A DNA stretch of 64,000 nucleotides from an uncultured Gammaproteobacteria bacterium (GTDB lineage Bacteria > Patescibacteriota > Microgenomatia > UBA10105), in the NCBI GenBank assembly GCA_964412165.1, contig CAYPMW010000001.1, positions 16,316 to 80,315 of the forward strand, read 5' to 3'. Below the pieces are notes generated by a model. It saw only the letters and a program-made list of their open reading frames with translations. It was not told the origin of the DNA and searched no databases. Below, one piece after another: positions 10,433 through 20,766 of this stretch. Positions within the stretch are counted from its first letter, which is position 1. The number at the start of each line of letters is the position of its first letter. The position numbers and the translations under genes are program-made.

Positions 10433-11721
10433 TGTTTAGGAAATTAATCGTCCACGGTTTGGCGTTGAGCACTTCAAAAACTGCACAAAATCTTTACTGG
10501 GTTTTTGCCGGAAATGGATTTCTCATTGTGCTTACTTTCTTTGCCACCATTCTTGTAGCTAATTCTGTTTCTAAAGCTGATAATGGGATTTTTTTAGCCC
10601 TTTTGACGCTAGCAAATCTTTTGTCCGAATTAGGCGAGGCAGGTCTTGGATCATCGTTGTCAAGTTTCATCCCCGGGTTGTTACTCATACCAAGCAGTCA
10701 AAATCAACGTGAGGCTAGAACATACTTATCTACCGCATTTAAACTGGAGGTATTTATAAGTTTAATTCTCGGGTTTGGCGTACTCGTTCTTTCATTTCCA
10801 TTATCACGTTGGATTTTTGCTGGTACAAACCCAGTACATGTAATCTTTACAGGGTTAATTACTTCCGTACTCGTGCTGTTTGGTTTTTCCAATTTCGCTC
10901 TTTCTGCATATAAAAAATTCCGGGAAGTAGCGATGATGAATATATTTTACAGTGTAATACGATTAGTGTTGTTGGTATTATTCGCTTTTCTATTCAAACT
11001 TTCAGTGCTTTCCATCCTTATAATCTATCTTCTATCATTTGGCTTTGGATGGATTATTTCCATAATGCTAATTAATAAACAATTTATATTTGAAAAAGCT
11101 TCAAAAGCACATGCTTTGAAACTTATTAAATTTTCAAGTTTACTTGCGATCCAAAAAATCTTTATATCTATATCGAGCCGGTTAGATCTTCTAATGCTCG
11201 TGCCACTCTCAAGTGCAGTAGAAGCAGGAATATATGGTATAGCACAACGTTTTGTACTTATTTATCCCGTAATTATTGGAAGTTTGGGCCAAGTTTTGGC
11301 GCCTCAGTTTGCTGAATTTGCAAAAGGTCATCAGGCAATGCAATTTTTTAAAAAAACTGGAATAGTGATCACGCTGCTACTTATTTCAGAGCTTTTATTT
11401 TATATATTTGCAGAACCTTTAATGTCTCTATTAGTACCAAAATATCAGGAATCAATTCCAGTGTTTCGAGGTTTACTAATCGCCATTACTGGATTTATTA
11501 TTGCGACACCTTTTACTTCATTTCTGATATACACTCTAAAAAAAACGCACGTTACTACTTTTGCCTCGTTTATACAACTGTTCATAATATTTTTATTTAA
11601 TATCTATTTCATACCGAAATATGGAAGATTTGCTCCAGCCATAGGAATTGGAATAGGAAATGTAGTCAGTTGTTTGATTGTAATTGGTGCGAGTGTGTAT
11701 TACTTAGGTAAAGAATCATGA
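10429..11721 (+). CDS. Polysaccharide/oligosaccharide flippase (MOP superfamily, Wzx-like)
   Basis: 430 aa with about 12-14 hydrophobic helices and no soluble domain. It sits inside the glycosyltransferase island. Confidence 0.5.
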   Translation: MMFRKLIVHGLALSTSKTAQNLYWVFAGNGFLIVLTFFATILVANSVSKADNGIFLALLTLANLLSELGEAGLGSSLSSFIPGLLLIPSSQNQREARTYLSTAFKLEVFISLILGFGVLVLSFPLSRWIFAGTNPVHVIFTGLITSVLVLFGFSNFALSAYKKFREVAMMNIFYSVIRLVLLVLFAFLFKLSVLSILIIYLLSFGFGWIISIMLINKQFIFEKASKAHALKLIKFSSLLAIQKIFISISSRLDLLMLVPLSSAVEAGIYGIAQRFVLIYPVIIGSLGQVLAPQFAEFAKGHQAMQFFKKTGIVITLLLISELLFYIFAEPLMSLLVPKYQESIPVFRGLLIAITGFIIATPFTSFLIYTLKKTHVTTFASFIQLFIIFLFNIYFIPKYGRFAPAIGIGIGNVVSCLIVIGASVYYLGKES

Positions 11722-12836
11722 GAGTTGCGATTGATATATCACAAATTGCTTATACAGGTACTGGAATAGAAACTTATACTCGACAGTTAGTAATATCACT
11801 CATGCGTACACATCCAGAGGTTAATCTGATATTATTTGGATTCTCTTTGCGTCAGCATAAAAAATTAACAGATTTTTTAGACCTATTATCAAATGATTTT
11901 GTTAGAGAATCAGCGAAAATATTTTGGCTGCCATCAACAGTTCTCTCATTACTGTGGAACCGTGTACATCGAATTCCAATTGAAACTTTCATCAATCATG
12001 TGGATTTGGTTCATACCTCCGATTGGACTGAACCACCAAGTCATATGCCAAAGGTTACTACTATTCATGATCTCATGATTTTTAAGTATCCAGAAAATTT
12101 TCCCTCAGCAATTATTGATAATCATAAGGCGAAATTATTTTGGGTGAAAAAAGAAAGTAAACTCGTGATTGCGGATTCAGAAAGCACAAAACGAGATATA
12201 ATTGAATATTTGCAGATTCCCGAAAGTAAAATTAGGGTCATATATCTTGGTGTGGATGCTCAATTCTTTCCTCAAACTTCTGAATCAGTCCTCAGGATAA
12301 AAAAACGATATGGGATAAGGAAAGATTATTTATTATGCGTTGGGACTCAAGAACCTAGAAAAAATTTATTTCGTATAGCTCAAGCGTTTAAACAATTAAA
12401 CAGTCATGCTATAGAATTAATAATAGTGGGTAATCCAGGTTGGGGTAATCCTATTAGAGGTAATGAAAATATTAAAGTAGTTGGATATGTAGAGAACAAA
12501 GATTTAGTTTCGCTATACTCGGGAGCAATCGCTTTTATATATCCTTCTTTATATGAAGGTTTCGGTTTACCGCTGCTTGAAGCTATGGCATCAGGGACTC
12601 CGGTATTAACTTCAAATCGTGGTAGTTTAGCAGAAATTGCTGGGAATTTTGCGCATACTATTAATCCAGATCAGACTGAGGATCTGGCCAGCGGAATAAA
12701 GTTTTTGGTCGATATGCCCGAATCAAGAAGAAAAGAAATGATACAAAAGGGAGTACATCATGCTCGGACTTTCACGTGGGAAAAGACTGCTGAGCAATTA
12801 TATCATGTATATCAAGAAATAGTAGAAGGGCTATAA
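11718..12836 (+). CDS. GT4 glycosyltransferase
   Basis: The EGFGLPLLEAMASGTPVLTSNRGSLAEIAG motif. Confidence 0.75.
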   Translation: MRVAIDISQIAYTGTGIETYTRQLVISLMRTHPEVNLILFGFSLRQHKKLTDFLDLLSNDFVRESAKIFWLPSTVLSLLWNRVHRIPIETFINHVDLVHTSDWTEPPSHMPKVTTIHDLMIFKYPENFPSAIIDNHKAKLFWVKKESKLVIADSESTKRDIIEYLQIPESKIRVIYLGVDAQFFPQTSESVLRIKKRYGIRKDYLLCVGTQEPRKNLFRIAQAFKQLNSHAIELIIVGNPGWGNPIRGNENIKVVGYVENKDLVSLYSGAIAFIYPSLYEGFGLPLLEAMASGTPVLTSNRGSLAEIAGNFAHTINPDQTEDLASGIKFLVDMPESRRKEMIQKGVHHARTFTWEKTAEQLYHVYQEIVEGL

Positions 12837-13930
12837 TGTACATAGGAATCGATGCATATGAAGCGAATACTCAGAAACGAGTAGGTATTGGTCAATATGC
12901 ATATCAGCTATTAGTGGAACTGTATCAGACAGATAATAAAAATTCCTACAGATTATTTTTACCTGATAAGCCTCTTTCTGATTTGCCACCGTCCAGATCC
13001 AATTGGAGTTACATAGTTGGAACACCCGGAAAATTCTGGACAATTCACCAATTACCACAACTTCTTAAAAATACTCCAGTTGATCTATTTTTTTCTCTTA
13101 CGCATTATATTCCATGGTTTACAAATATACCTAAAATCTTTTCGATAATGGATCTATCATATATTCATTATCCCTGGATGTTTAATATAAAGGATTATTT
13201 TCAATTACGATATATGACTCACCATTCGGTGATGCATGCACAGAAAATTGTTACCATTTCCCAATTTTGTAAAAGTGAAATAATCAAATTCTATTCATTT
13301 CCAGAAAACGATATAATCGTAATTTACCCCGGGTTATCGAAACTACCAAATTTGTCACCACACGAAATGAGAGTTTTTTTTGATAAATATGATATTTCGA
13401 AAAAATATATCTTATTTGTGGGAACAATTCAGCCGCGGAAAAATATTGTCAGATTAATTGAAGCATACAATAAACTTAATAAAGATATTCAATTAGTAGT
13501 AGTTGGAAAATTGGGCTGGAAATATAAGCCAATTCTGAATGCAATGAATACTAGTTCTAAAAGAGATCAAATATTGATTTTGGATTACGTCAGTTCTCCG
13601 CAGCTGCGATTATTATATGAACATGCTGAGTGTTTCGTATTGCCGTCGCTATATGAAGGATTTGGAATTCCTGTCCTTGAGGCGATTCAGTATGGATGTC
13701 CAATAGTTGTATCAAAACGTTCTAGTTTACCTGAAGTAGCGGGTGAAGCAGGAATCTATATCGATCCTGAAAATAGCGACGATATTGCGCATGGGCTTGA
13801 GATTGCTTTACAATTAAATCCGGAGGAAAAAAATGTGCTGATCAAAAAGGGGCGTGAGCATATAAAAAAATTTAGTTGGAAGTTAAATGGTAATCAATTA
13901 CTTAATTTGTTTAATACTTTTGTATATTAA
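12836..13930 (+). CDS. GT4 glycosyltransferase
   Basis: The EGFGIPVLEAIQYGCPIVVSKRSSLPEVAGEAGIYIDPEN motif. Confidence 0.75.
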   Translation: MYIGIDAYEANTQKRVGIGQYAYQLLVELYQTDNKNSYRLFLPDKPLSDLPPSRSNWSYIVGTPGKFWTIHQLPQLLKNTPVDLFFSLTHYIPWFTNIPKIFSIMDLSYIHYPWMFNIKDYFQLRYMTHHSVMHAQKIVTISQFCKSEIIKFYSFPENDIIVIYPGLSKLPNLSPHEMRVFFDKYDISKKYILFVGTIQPRKNIVRLIEAYNKLNKDIQLVVVGKLGWKYKPILNAMNTSSKRDQILILDYVSSPQLRLLYEHAECFVLPSLYEGFGIPVLEAIQYGCPIVVSKRSSLPEVAGEAGIYIDPENSDDIAHGLEIALQLNPEEKNVLIKKGREHIKKFSWKLNGNQLLNLFNTFVY

Positions 13931-13945
13931 TAGTTTTAAAGGTTT

Positions 13946-14539
13946 ATGAAAGATCGTATGGGACGAGACTTGACGACACAGGAAGTCATTCAAAAAGTTA
14001 TCCAAAGGATAAAATGGATACTTTTAGATATTGAACTTATGTTTTTAACGATAACTGGTTATATACCCATTCATACTATTCGGAAAATTATTTACCGATT
14101 AGCAGGTGTGCGGATAGGTAAAGGATCAACATTACATATGTGGGCAAGATTTTATAATCCTCGTAATATTACCATTGGTGAAGGATCAATAATCGGAGAT
14201 CATGCGATGCTTGATGGAAGAGAAGAAATAAAGATCGGTAGTCATGTCGATATTACATCATGGGTAATGATTTATAACGGAAAGCATGATTATGACAGCG
14301 AGGATTTTCACTCAGTATTTGCTCCAGTGAAAATTGAAGATTATGTGTTTATCGGCCCACGAGTCATCATACTTCCCGGCATAACTGTGGGGAAAGGGGC
14401 AATTATTGGTGCAGGTGCGGTGGTTACAAATAATGTGGAAGCTTATACCATTGTAGGCGGAGTTCCAGCAAAGACCATTGGTATACGAAAAGTAAAAGAT
14501 CTTCATTACCGACTAGGGTGGGCACGATTATTCCAATAA
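13946..14539 (+). CDS. Sugar O-acetyltransferase, left-handed beta-helix (hexapeptide repeat) family
   Basis: Tandem hexapeptide repeats (IGEGSIIGDHAMLDG...VFIGPRVIILPGITVGKGAIIGAGAVV), as in WcaF/WbbJ/maltose O-acetyltransferase-like enzymes. Confidence 0.7.
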   Translation: MKDRMGRDLTTQEVIQKVIQRIKWILLDIELMFLTITGYIPIHTIRKIIYRLAGVRIGKGSTLHMWARFYNPRNITIGEGSIIGDHAMLDGREEIKIGSHVDITSWVMIYNGKHDYDSEDFHSVFAPVKIEDYVFIGPRVIILPGITVGKGAIIGAGAVVTNNVEAYTIVGGVPAKTIGIRKVKDLHYRLGWARLFQ

Positions 14540-14634
14540 GTAAATAGAGTAATTTATCTGCTCAAATGAAGCTAAACAAGAGTGATTATAAAGCCTATAT
14601 TAATTTTCATTGTACAACTTTGACCGTCAATCCG

Positions 14635-14643
14635 TGGTATAAT
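14635..14643 (+). promoter_or_regulatory. Extended -10 promoter element TGgTATAAT, giving a nearly leaderless mRNA for the 1048-aa gene
   Basis: TG at 14635-36 and TATAAT at 14638-43. The ATG is at 14655, so the predicted transcription start leaves a leader of about 5 nt or less. Confidence 0.35.
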
Positions 14644-14654
14644 ACCGTACTTAA

Positions 14655-17600
14655 ATGGTGATGGGGTTAAAAAAAATTCTTGAATGGACTGATACCAATC
14701 TCCTGTTCGTTTTGACAGGATTTTTACTTGCTTTTATCCCTCTTTATCCTAAATTACCTCTTTTTGATGTGATTCCAGGCTACATAGTCAGAGTCAGATT
14801 AGAAGACTTTTTAGTTTTATTAGTAATGGTAATCTGGATTATTCAGATGGTGCGTAAAAAAGCCTCATTTGGACCAAATCCATTAAGTATACCGATACTA
14901 ACGTATCTCCTAATCGGTTTCTTGTCTACATTATCGGCGATTTTTATTACTAAAACGGTTCCGTACGACGTGTTTCATATTGGAAAACTCTACCTTCATT
15001 TTTTCAGAAGAATAGAATATTTCTCTTTATTTTTCATTTTTTTCACTGCTGTCAAAACGAGAAGACAGTTAAAGATTTATCTGTTAATCATCGTTTTAAC
15101 CGTAATTTCTGTTTCGTTGTATGGGTATGGTCAAAAATATTTATACTGGCCAGCTTTTTCAACTATGAATAGAGAGTATGCAAAAGGTTGGGCGCTTTAT
15201 TTAACACAACATGCGCGTGTCATATCCACCTTTGGAGGACATTATGATTTAGCAGCATTTGTAATGATAGTTTTAATTTTATTATGGTCGATTTTGTATG
15301 GGTTAAAAAACGTGTATGCCAAAATCGGAGTCCTATTAGGAATAGCTACTTCATTTTGGTTACTGATTCTAACTGCTTCAAGAACTTCCTTCATTGCCTA
15401 TATGGTAGGAATTACTCTACTTTTTTTCCTATGGACGCTACGTAAAGGATTAAAATGGGCGCTTATTCGTTGGGGTATAGCGGTATTTTTAAGTATGACC
15501 ATTATGCTCACACTTGGGGATTTATCTGAGCGATTCACCAAATTATTAAAAATTGAAGCTCGTCTGAGTGGTATTAAATCATTATTATTTAAACCTCTCG
15601 GAAAACCACCAAGTGGCAACCAAGTCGTGTTTTTGGAAAATAATATTGAAGCAGTTACATCTAAAAGTGATTTTCCACCGCTTCCTGTAAGACCAGGTGA
15701 TGTGATTGAAGATTTTCCAGATGGCATAGAAGCATCAAAAACTGCATCAGGATCAATTACCTTTACTGAGCGTCCACGAACTTATTCTAAAACTGCATTA
15801 GTATATGATCTTTCTACAGGAATTCGATTGGATGCTCTTTGGCCAAGAGCTATTGAAGGATTTAAAAGAAATCCGATATTGGGCTCAGGATATTCAACAC
15901 TCACAAAGATACAAATACAAGAATTTACCGAAGCTGAATCCACTGACAACGATTACCTGCGGGCTTTAGGCGAGACCGGTTTACTTGGTTTTTTTGCTTT
16001 TGGATGGATCTTGTTTACTATTATAATTACGATCTGGAAAAAAAGCCCTTATATTGAAGATAGCGCACTTTATTCTATCTTAGTTGGATTACTAGCCATA
16101 ATAATTGGGTTATTGGTAAACGCAATATATATTGATGTTTTTGAGGCATCAAAAGTAGCATTTTTCTTTTGGGCACTAACGGGTATAATCCTGGGAGGAT
16201 TAAAACTAGTTAAGGAGAATGTTAATATTCGTAGGCACAATTCTCTAGGTATTTCAGATTTAGGACTAATCATCTTTTCAAAATTTATCCAATTAATTAA
16301 ACTAGAAAAAACATATATCATATTATTAGTACTTTTAGCTTTTGTTTTACGTAACTATAATATTAATGAACCACTTGCAGACTGGCACTCATGGCGGCAA
16401 GCAGATACTTCTGCCGTTACAAGAAATTATGTTAGATATGGAATTGATCCGCTCTTTCCTCGTTATGATGACGTCTCATCCTTACAATCTGGTAGACCTA
16501 ATCCTCAGGGGTACCGATTTGTTGAATTCCCGATATACAATATTTTGTCAGTTATAAGCGATAATTTTTTTCCCAATTCAGTTGAATATGCAGGTAGATT
16601 AACTTCAGTTATCGCATCTTTAGGTACACTCATATTGCTATTTAAACTTACACGTAAATACTATTCATTTAAAGTGGCTTTTCTAACCGGCTTTTTTTTC
16701 GCCGTTCTCCCGTACAATATATATTGGTCACGAGTCATACTTCCTGAACCAACATTAGTTTTTTTCACGACAGCCTTACTTTATTGGTTTGACTCATGGC
16801 TTGATACAAATAAACATCGCTATTTAATCATCGCTTCAATAATGGGCGCATTCGCTTTGCTAATTAAATTTACAACCCTTTTTTTTATAGTACCTATACT
16901 TTATATGTGCTGGAAGAAGTGGGGTATAGGATTATTTAGCAAATTATCATTGTATATTTTCGCTATTGCCATAATTACCCCATTTATTCTGTGGCGATTA
17001 CATATTTCCCAATTTCCTGAAGGGATTCCAGCTTTTATGTGGTTATTTAATGGAAATAATATTCGGTTTAAGGGGGCATTTTTTTGGTGGCTATTTGCAG
17101 AAAGGATTGATAAACTAATTTTAGGTGGATGGGGGGTAGTGCTCTTGGTATTGGGATTAGTTAGAAAATCGAGTTCTTTTAACTCACCGAGTAAATTAGG
17201 CTTTCCAACTGACTCAAAACAAAACCTATTTTATTATTGGTTACTTGGACTACTTCTCTATTTAGTTATATTCGCGACAGGAAATGTACAGCATGATTAT
17301 TATCAAATTATTCTTGTTCCAATCATATCATTTTTTCTTGCTTTAGGTGCGGATCTCTTGTTAACGAATAATTCTCTTGTATCGAGTGCTGTATCGCGAA
17401 TCGTTTTTTTCGTAATAGTACTATTTATGCTTATGTTTGGATGGTATCAAGTTAGAGATTTTTATAACATAAATCATCCAGAAATTATTGAAGCAGGAGC
17501 AGAGTTTAACAAATTAGTAGATAATGATCGTGTGAAAGTGATTGCTCCCTATGGTGGAGATACTGCATTTTTGTATCAAACAAATCGTATGGGATGGCCG

Positions 17601-17801
17601 ATTATGGAAGGATCAATCGACGATATGATTGCCAAGGGGGCACATTATTATATCAGTGTCAAGTCAGACGACTTGACAAATGAATTAGATGCAATTGCCA
17701 GTGAGGGGACAGATGTGAAACACCAATTTAAACTAATTAAGAAGACAAATTCATATATAATTATCCAACTGGTACCGGACAAATTACTACCCAAAAAATA
17801 A
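14655..17801 (+). CDS. Fusion protein: N-terminal O-antigen ligase/polymerase-like (Wzy_C) domain plus C-terminal GT39 (PMT/ArnT-like) GT-C domain
   Basis: N-terminal half: many helices, the LTASRTSF motif, a large loop with ALWPRAIEGFKRNPILGSGYST and DNDYLRALGETGLLGF (Wzy_C/WaaL/PglL-like). C-terminal half (from about aa 530): a polytopic GT-C domain with the first-loop motif EPLADWHSWRQADTS. Confidence 0.5.
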   Translation: MVMGLKKILEWTDTNLLFVLTGFLLAFIPLYPKLPLFDVIPGYIVRVRLEDFLVLLVMVIWIIQMVRKKASFGPNPLSIPILTYLLIGFLSTLSAIFITKTVPYDVFHIGKLYLHFFRRIEYFSLFFIFFTAVKTRRQLKIYLLIIVLTVISVSLYGYGQKYLYWPAFSTMNREYAKGWALYLTQHARVISTFGGHYDLAAFVMIVLILLWSILYGLKNVYAKIGVLLGIATSFWLLILTASRTSFIAYMVGITLLFFLWTLRKGLKWALIRWGIAVFLSMTIMLTLGDLSERFTKLLKIEARLSGIKSLLFKPLGKPPSGNQVVFLENNIEAVTSKSDFPPLPVRPGDVIEDFPDGIEASKTASGSITFTERPRTYSKTALVYDLSTGIRLDALWPRAIEGFKRNPILGSGYSTLTKIQIQEFTEAESTDNDYLRALGETGLLGFFAFGWILFTIIITIWKKSPYIEDSALYSILVGLLAIIIGLLVNAIYIDVFEASKVAFFFWALTGIILGGLKLVKENVNIRRHNSLGISDLGLIIFSKFIQLIKLEKTYIILLVLLAFVLRNYNINEPLADWHSWRQADTSAVTRNYVRYGIDPLFPRYDDVSSLQSGRPNPQGYRFVEFPIYNILSVISDNFFPNSVEYAGRLTSVIASLGTLILLFKLTRKYYSFKVAFLTGFFFAVLPYNIYWSRVILPEPTLVFFTTALLYWFDSWLDTNKHRYLIIASIMGAFALLIKFTTLFFIVPILYMCWKKWGIGLFSKLSLYIFAIAIITPFILWRLHISQFPEGIPAFMWLFNGNNIRFKGAFFWWLFAERIDKLILGGWGVVLLVLGLVRKSSSFNSPSKLGFPTDSKQNLFYYWLLGLLLYLVIFATGNVQHDYYQIILVPIISFFLALGADLLLTNNSLVSSAVSRIVFFVIVLFMLMFGWYQVRDFYNINHPEIIEAGAEFNKLVDNDRVKVIAPYGGDTAFLYQTNRMGWPIMEGSIDDMIAKGAHYYISVKSDDLTNELDAIASEGTDVKHQFKLIKKTNSYIIIQLVPDKLLPKK

Positions 17802-17802
17802 T

Positions 17803-18999
17803 ATGAAAGTCCTCATGTTAACGCCCTACTTACCCTATCCACTTATCTCAGGTGGTCAAATCAGATCCTATAATTTATTAAAAAATTTAGCTTTTAAACA
17901 TAATATTACTTTAGTAGCGCTTATTAAAAATGAAGTAGAAAAACAATATATCTCACATATTCAAGAATTCTGTGAAAAAGTAATTGTGGCGAAGCGTCCA
18001 GAGAAACCTTGGACTTTTTTGAATATTATTAAAACCGGTTTGGGATTCTATCCTTTTCTAGTGGTTAGAAATTTTTCAAAAGACGCGAAGAATGCAGTGA
18101 TCAATGAACTTAACACAGATAAATTTGATTTAATACATGCTGAAACGTTTTATGTCATGCCGCATATTCCCAATACAAGTATACCTATACTTCTGGTAGA
18201 GCAAACCATAGAGTATTTAGTTTATCAACATTTTGTTGATACGATGAAAAGTATTCCACTGAGATTCATTTTCTCACTAGACGTATTCAAAATTCGTTTT
18301 TGGGAAGAATTTTTTTGGAAACGGGCGGCTCGGATTGTCGCTATGTCGAAAGCTGATAAGCATGTTATGACTGTACATCTTAAGGATCTTCATGTTTCAA
18401 TAGTTCCAAATGGTGTGGATATTACATTTTTCAAATATCGGAAAAAGTATGTTTCAAAAAACCCAAAAATTCTATTTGTTGGTAATTTCAAATGGTTACA
18501 AAACAGAGAAGCTGTAAATGTATTAGTAAACGAAATCTGGCCTATCATATCATCTAAAATATTAAATGCAGAGTTGTGGATAGTCGGTAAATTTCCCACG
18601 AATGAAATTCTTTCAATGCAGAATGACCGGATTAAAATTTCTGATAATATTCATGATATTCGTTTTGCATACCATACTTCTGATGTATTACTCGCTCCTA
18701 TTTATGGTCCAGGTGGGACACGATATAAAATACTTGAGGCAATGGCATCAGGTATTCCCGTAGTGACAACTCCACAAGGAATTGAAGGACTCGATGTGCG
18801 GGACGAAAAAGAAGCGATAATCCGTAACAACGTTACAGACTTAGCACGTGCCACCATAAAACTTTTAACTAATGATTCTCTTTACCAAATGATATCTATT
18901 AACTCAAATGAGTTTGTACGCAACACGTACAATTGGGCAATTATTGCTCAAGCTCTGGACGAGATTTATAACGAGGTGGCATATGACAAAAAAAATTGA
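17803..18999 (+). CDS. GT4 glycosyltransferase
   Basis: C-terminal motif KILEAMASGIPVVTT with two conserved glutamates, on a GT-B-like scaffold. Confidence 0.65.
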   Translation: MKVLMLTPYLPYPLISGGQIRSYNLLKNLAFKHNITLVALIKNEVEKQYISHIQEFCEKVIVAKRPEKPWTFLNIIKTGLGFYPFLVVRNFSKDAKNAVINELNTDKFDLIHAETFYVMPHIPNTSIPILLVEQTIEYLVYQHFVDTMKSIPLRFIFSLDVFKIRFWEEFFWKRAARIVAMSKADKHVMTVHLKDLHVSIVPNGVDITFFKYRKKYVSKNPKILFVGNFKWLQNREAVNVLVNEIWPIISSKILNAELWIVGKFPTNEILSMQNDRIKISDNIHDIRFAYHTSDVLLAPIYGPGGTRYKILEAMASGIPVVTTPQGIEGLDVRDEKEAIIRNNVTDLARATIKLLTNDSLYQMISINSNEFVRNTYNWAIIAQALDEIYNEVAYDKKN

Positions 19000-19867
19000 T
19001 TTGTCTATAGTTATCGTCTCTCATAATACACGATTACTCCTCAAACGATGTTTAGATACCATGTATTCCAGCTTGTCTAGAGCTCCTTTTACCTATGAAG
19101 TAATCGTTGTTGAAAATAATTCGACTGATGGCACCTTAAAAATGCTCAAATCTTATAAATCAGTAAAAATTATCCTCAACCCCTCAAATTATGGGTATGG
19201 GAAAGCAAATAATCAAGGGATCATGTCTGCAAGAGGCGAAGTGATATTACTTTTAAATTCAGATATTGAAGTACTGAATAATGCAATAGGAGTATTATTT
19301 GCATTTTTTTTGGCACAACCGCAAAATTCTTTCGTAGGAGGGAAATTATTTAATTTAGATTTGACACCACAACCATCATGCGGACCGGCATATTCGTTAA
19401 AGAATATTTTTGTTGCCTTATTTTTAAAGGGTGATTTTAGAGGTAATACAAGATATTCACCAGACACTACGACTGAAGTTGACTGGATTATGGGGTCTTG
19501 CATGATGTTTCATAAATCAATAACAAAGGAAGTGGGTTATTTTGATGAAAACATTTTTATGTATATGGACGAAATAGATTTACAGTATAGAGCCAAAAAA
19601 TTGGGATATAGAATAATTTTTTACCCCGAAGCCAAATTTATACATGTTGGATCTGGAAGTAGTAAAGGGCGTGAACTTCCTATCTTAAATGTTTTTCGCG
19701 GTTTTATTTATTTTTATAAAAAACATTATAATATAGTACATAATCTTATTTTAAGAGTACTATTAATACTCAAATCAAGTATAGCAATCGTGTTTTTTTC
19801 CATATTGAATAATAAATATAATCGAACTATGTATTTAAAAGCTTTAAAAATAGCGTTATCTACGTGA
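18983..19867 (+). CDS. GT2 glycosyltransferase
   Basis: LSIVIVSHN...VIVVENNSTDGT...YGYGKANNQG, followed by a DxD-type motif. The start is taken at the internal ATG (MTKKIDL). Confidence 0.7.
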   Translation: MTKKIDLSIVIVSHNTRLLLKRCLDTMYSSLSRAPFTYEVIVVENNSTDGTLKMLKSYKSVKIILNPSNYGYGKANNQGIMSARGEVILLLNSDIEVLNNAIGVLFAFFLAQPQNSFVGGKLFNLDLTPQPSCGPAYSLKNIFVALFLKGDFRGNTRYSPDTTTEVDWIMGSCMMFHKSITKEVGYFDENIFMYMDEIDLQYRAKKLGYRIIFYPEAKFIHVGSGSSKGRELPILNVFRGFIYFYKKHYNIVHNLILRVLLILKSSIAIVFFSILNNKYNRTMYLKALKIALST

Positions 19868-20766
19868 AAATTGAAGTTTCTATCATTATTCTTAATTATA
19901 ACTCTCAGGATGTTATCCTGAATTGTCTTACTTCAATTCAGAAACATTATAGATCAAAGTTGAAAGATACTTATGAAATTATTGTGGTTGATAATCATTC
20001 GAGCGATAATTCGGTTAAAAATATAAAAGCATTATATCCAGGTGTATTAATTATTGAGAATGATTCGAATGTAGGATTTTCTAAGGGCAATAACCAAGGA
20101 GTTAAAAAAGCCCATGGAAAATATGTATTGTTTTTAAATCCCGATACGCTATTTACTGAAAATGCTCTCGGTCCACTCGTGACATTTATGGATAACCACA
20201 AAGACGTTGGAGTAGCTACTTGCAAAGTTGTATTACAAAATGGGAAGATTGATGACGCATGTCACCGAGGCTTTCCCACTCCTTGGAGAGCATTGACCCA
20301 TTTTACAGGTTTAGGTGTTATTTTTCCGAATTCTATGCTTTTTAACGGATACCATCTCGCATATAAAAGTATTCGAATACCCCATGAGATAGATGCATGC
20401 GCTGGTGCTTTTCTCCTTATTAGGTCAAGTATTGGTAGAAGGTTGCGTTGGCTTGACGAAGATTATTATTGGTATGGTGAAGATTTAGACCTGTGTTACC
20501 GCGTAAAACAATTAGGATACAAAGTGATGTTTCTCCCTCAATATAAAATCCAGCATATAAAAGGAATATCGAGCGGGATAAAAAAACATTCAAAAAAATT
20601 TTCAATAGCCTCAAAACAAACACAGATCACCGCAACCAAATCTCGGTTTGAAGTGATGAGATTATTTTATAATAAACATTACTTAAATTATTATCCTAAT
20701 TGGTTAACAAAATTAGTATTTCTTGGGATTGATATGAAAGAACAGCTAACTCGGTGGAAATTATGA
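19864..20766 (+). CDS. GT2 glycosyltransferase
   Basis: VSIIILNYN...IIVVDNHSSDNS...VGFSKGNNQG...NPDT. GTG start overlapping the upstream stop. Confidence 0.7.
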   Translation: MKIEVSIIILNYNSQDVILNCLTSIQKHYRSKLKDTYEIIVVDNHSSDNSVKNIKALYPGVLIIENDSNVGFSKGNNQGVKKAHGKYVLFLNPDTLFTENALGPLVTFMDNHKDVGVATCKVVLQNGKIDDACHRGFPTPWRALTHFTGLGVIFPNSMLFNGYHLAYKSIRIPHEIDACAGAFLLIRSSIGRRLRWLDEDYYWYGEDLDLCYRVKQLGYKVMFLPQYKIQHIKGISSGIKKHSKKFSIASKQTQITATKSRFEVMRLFYNKHYLNYYPNWLTKLVFLGIDMKEQLTRWKL

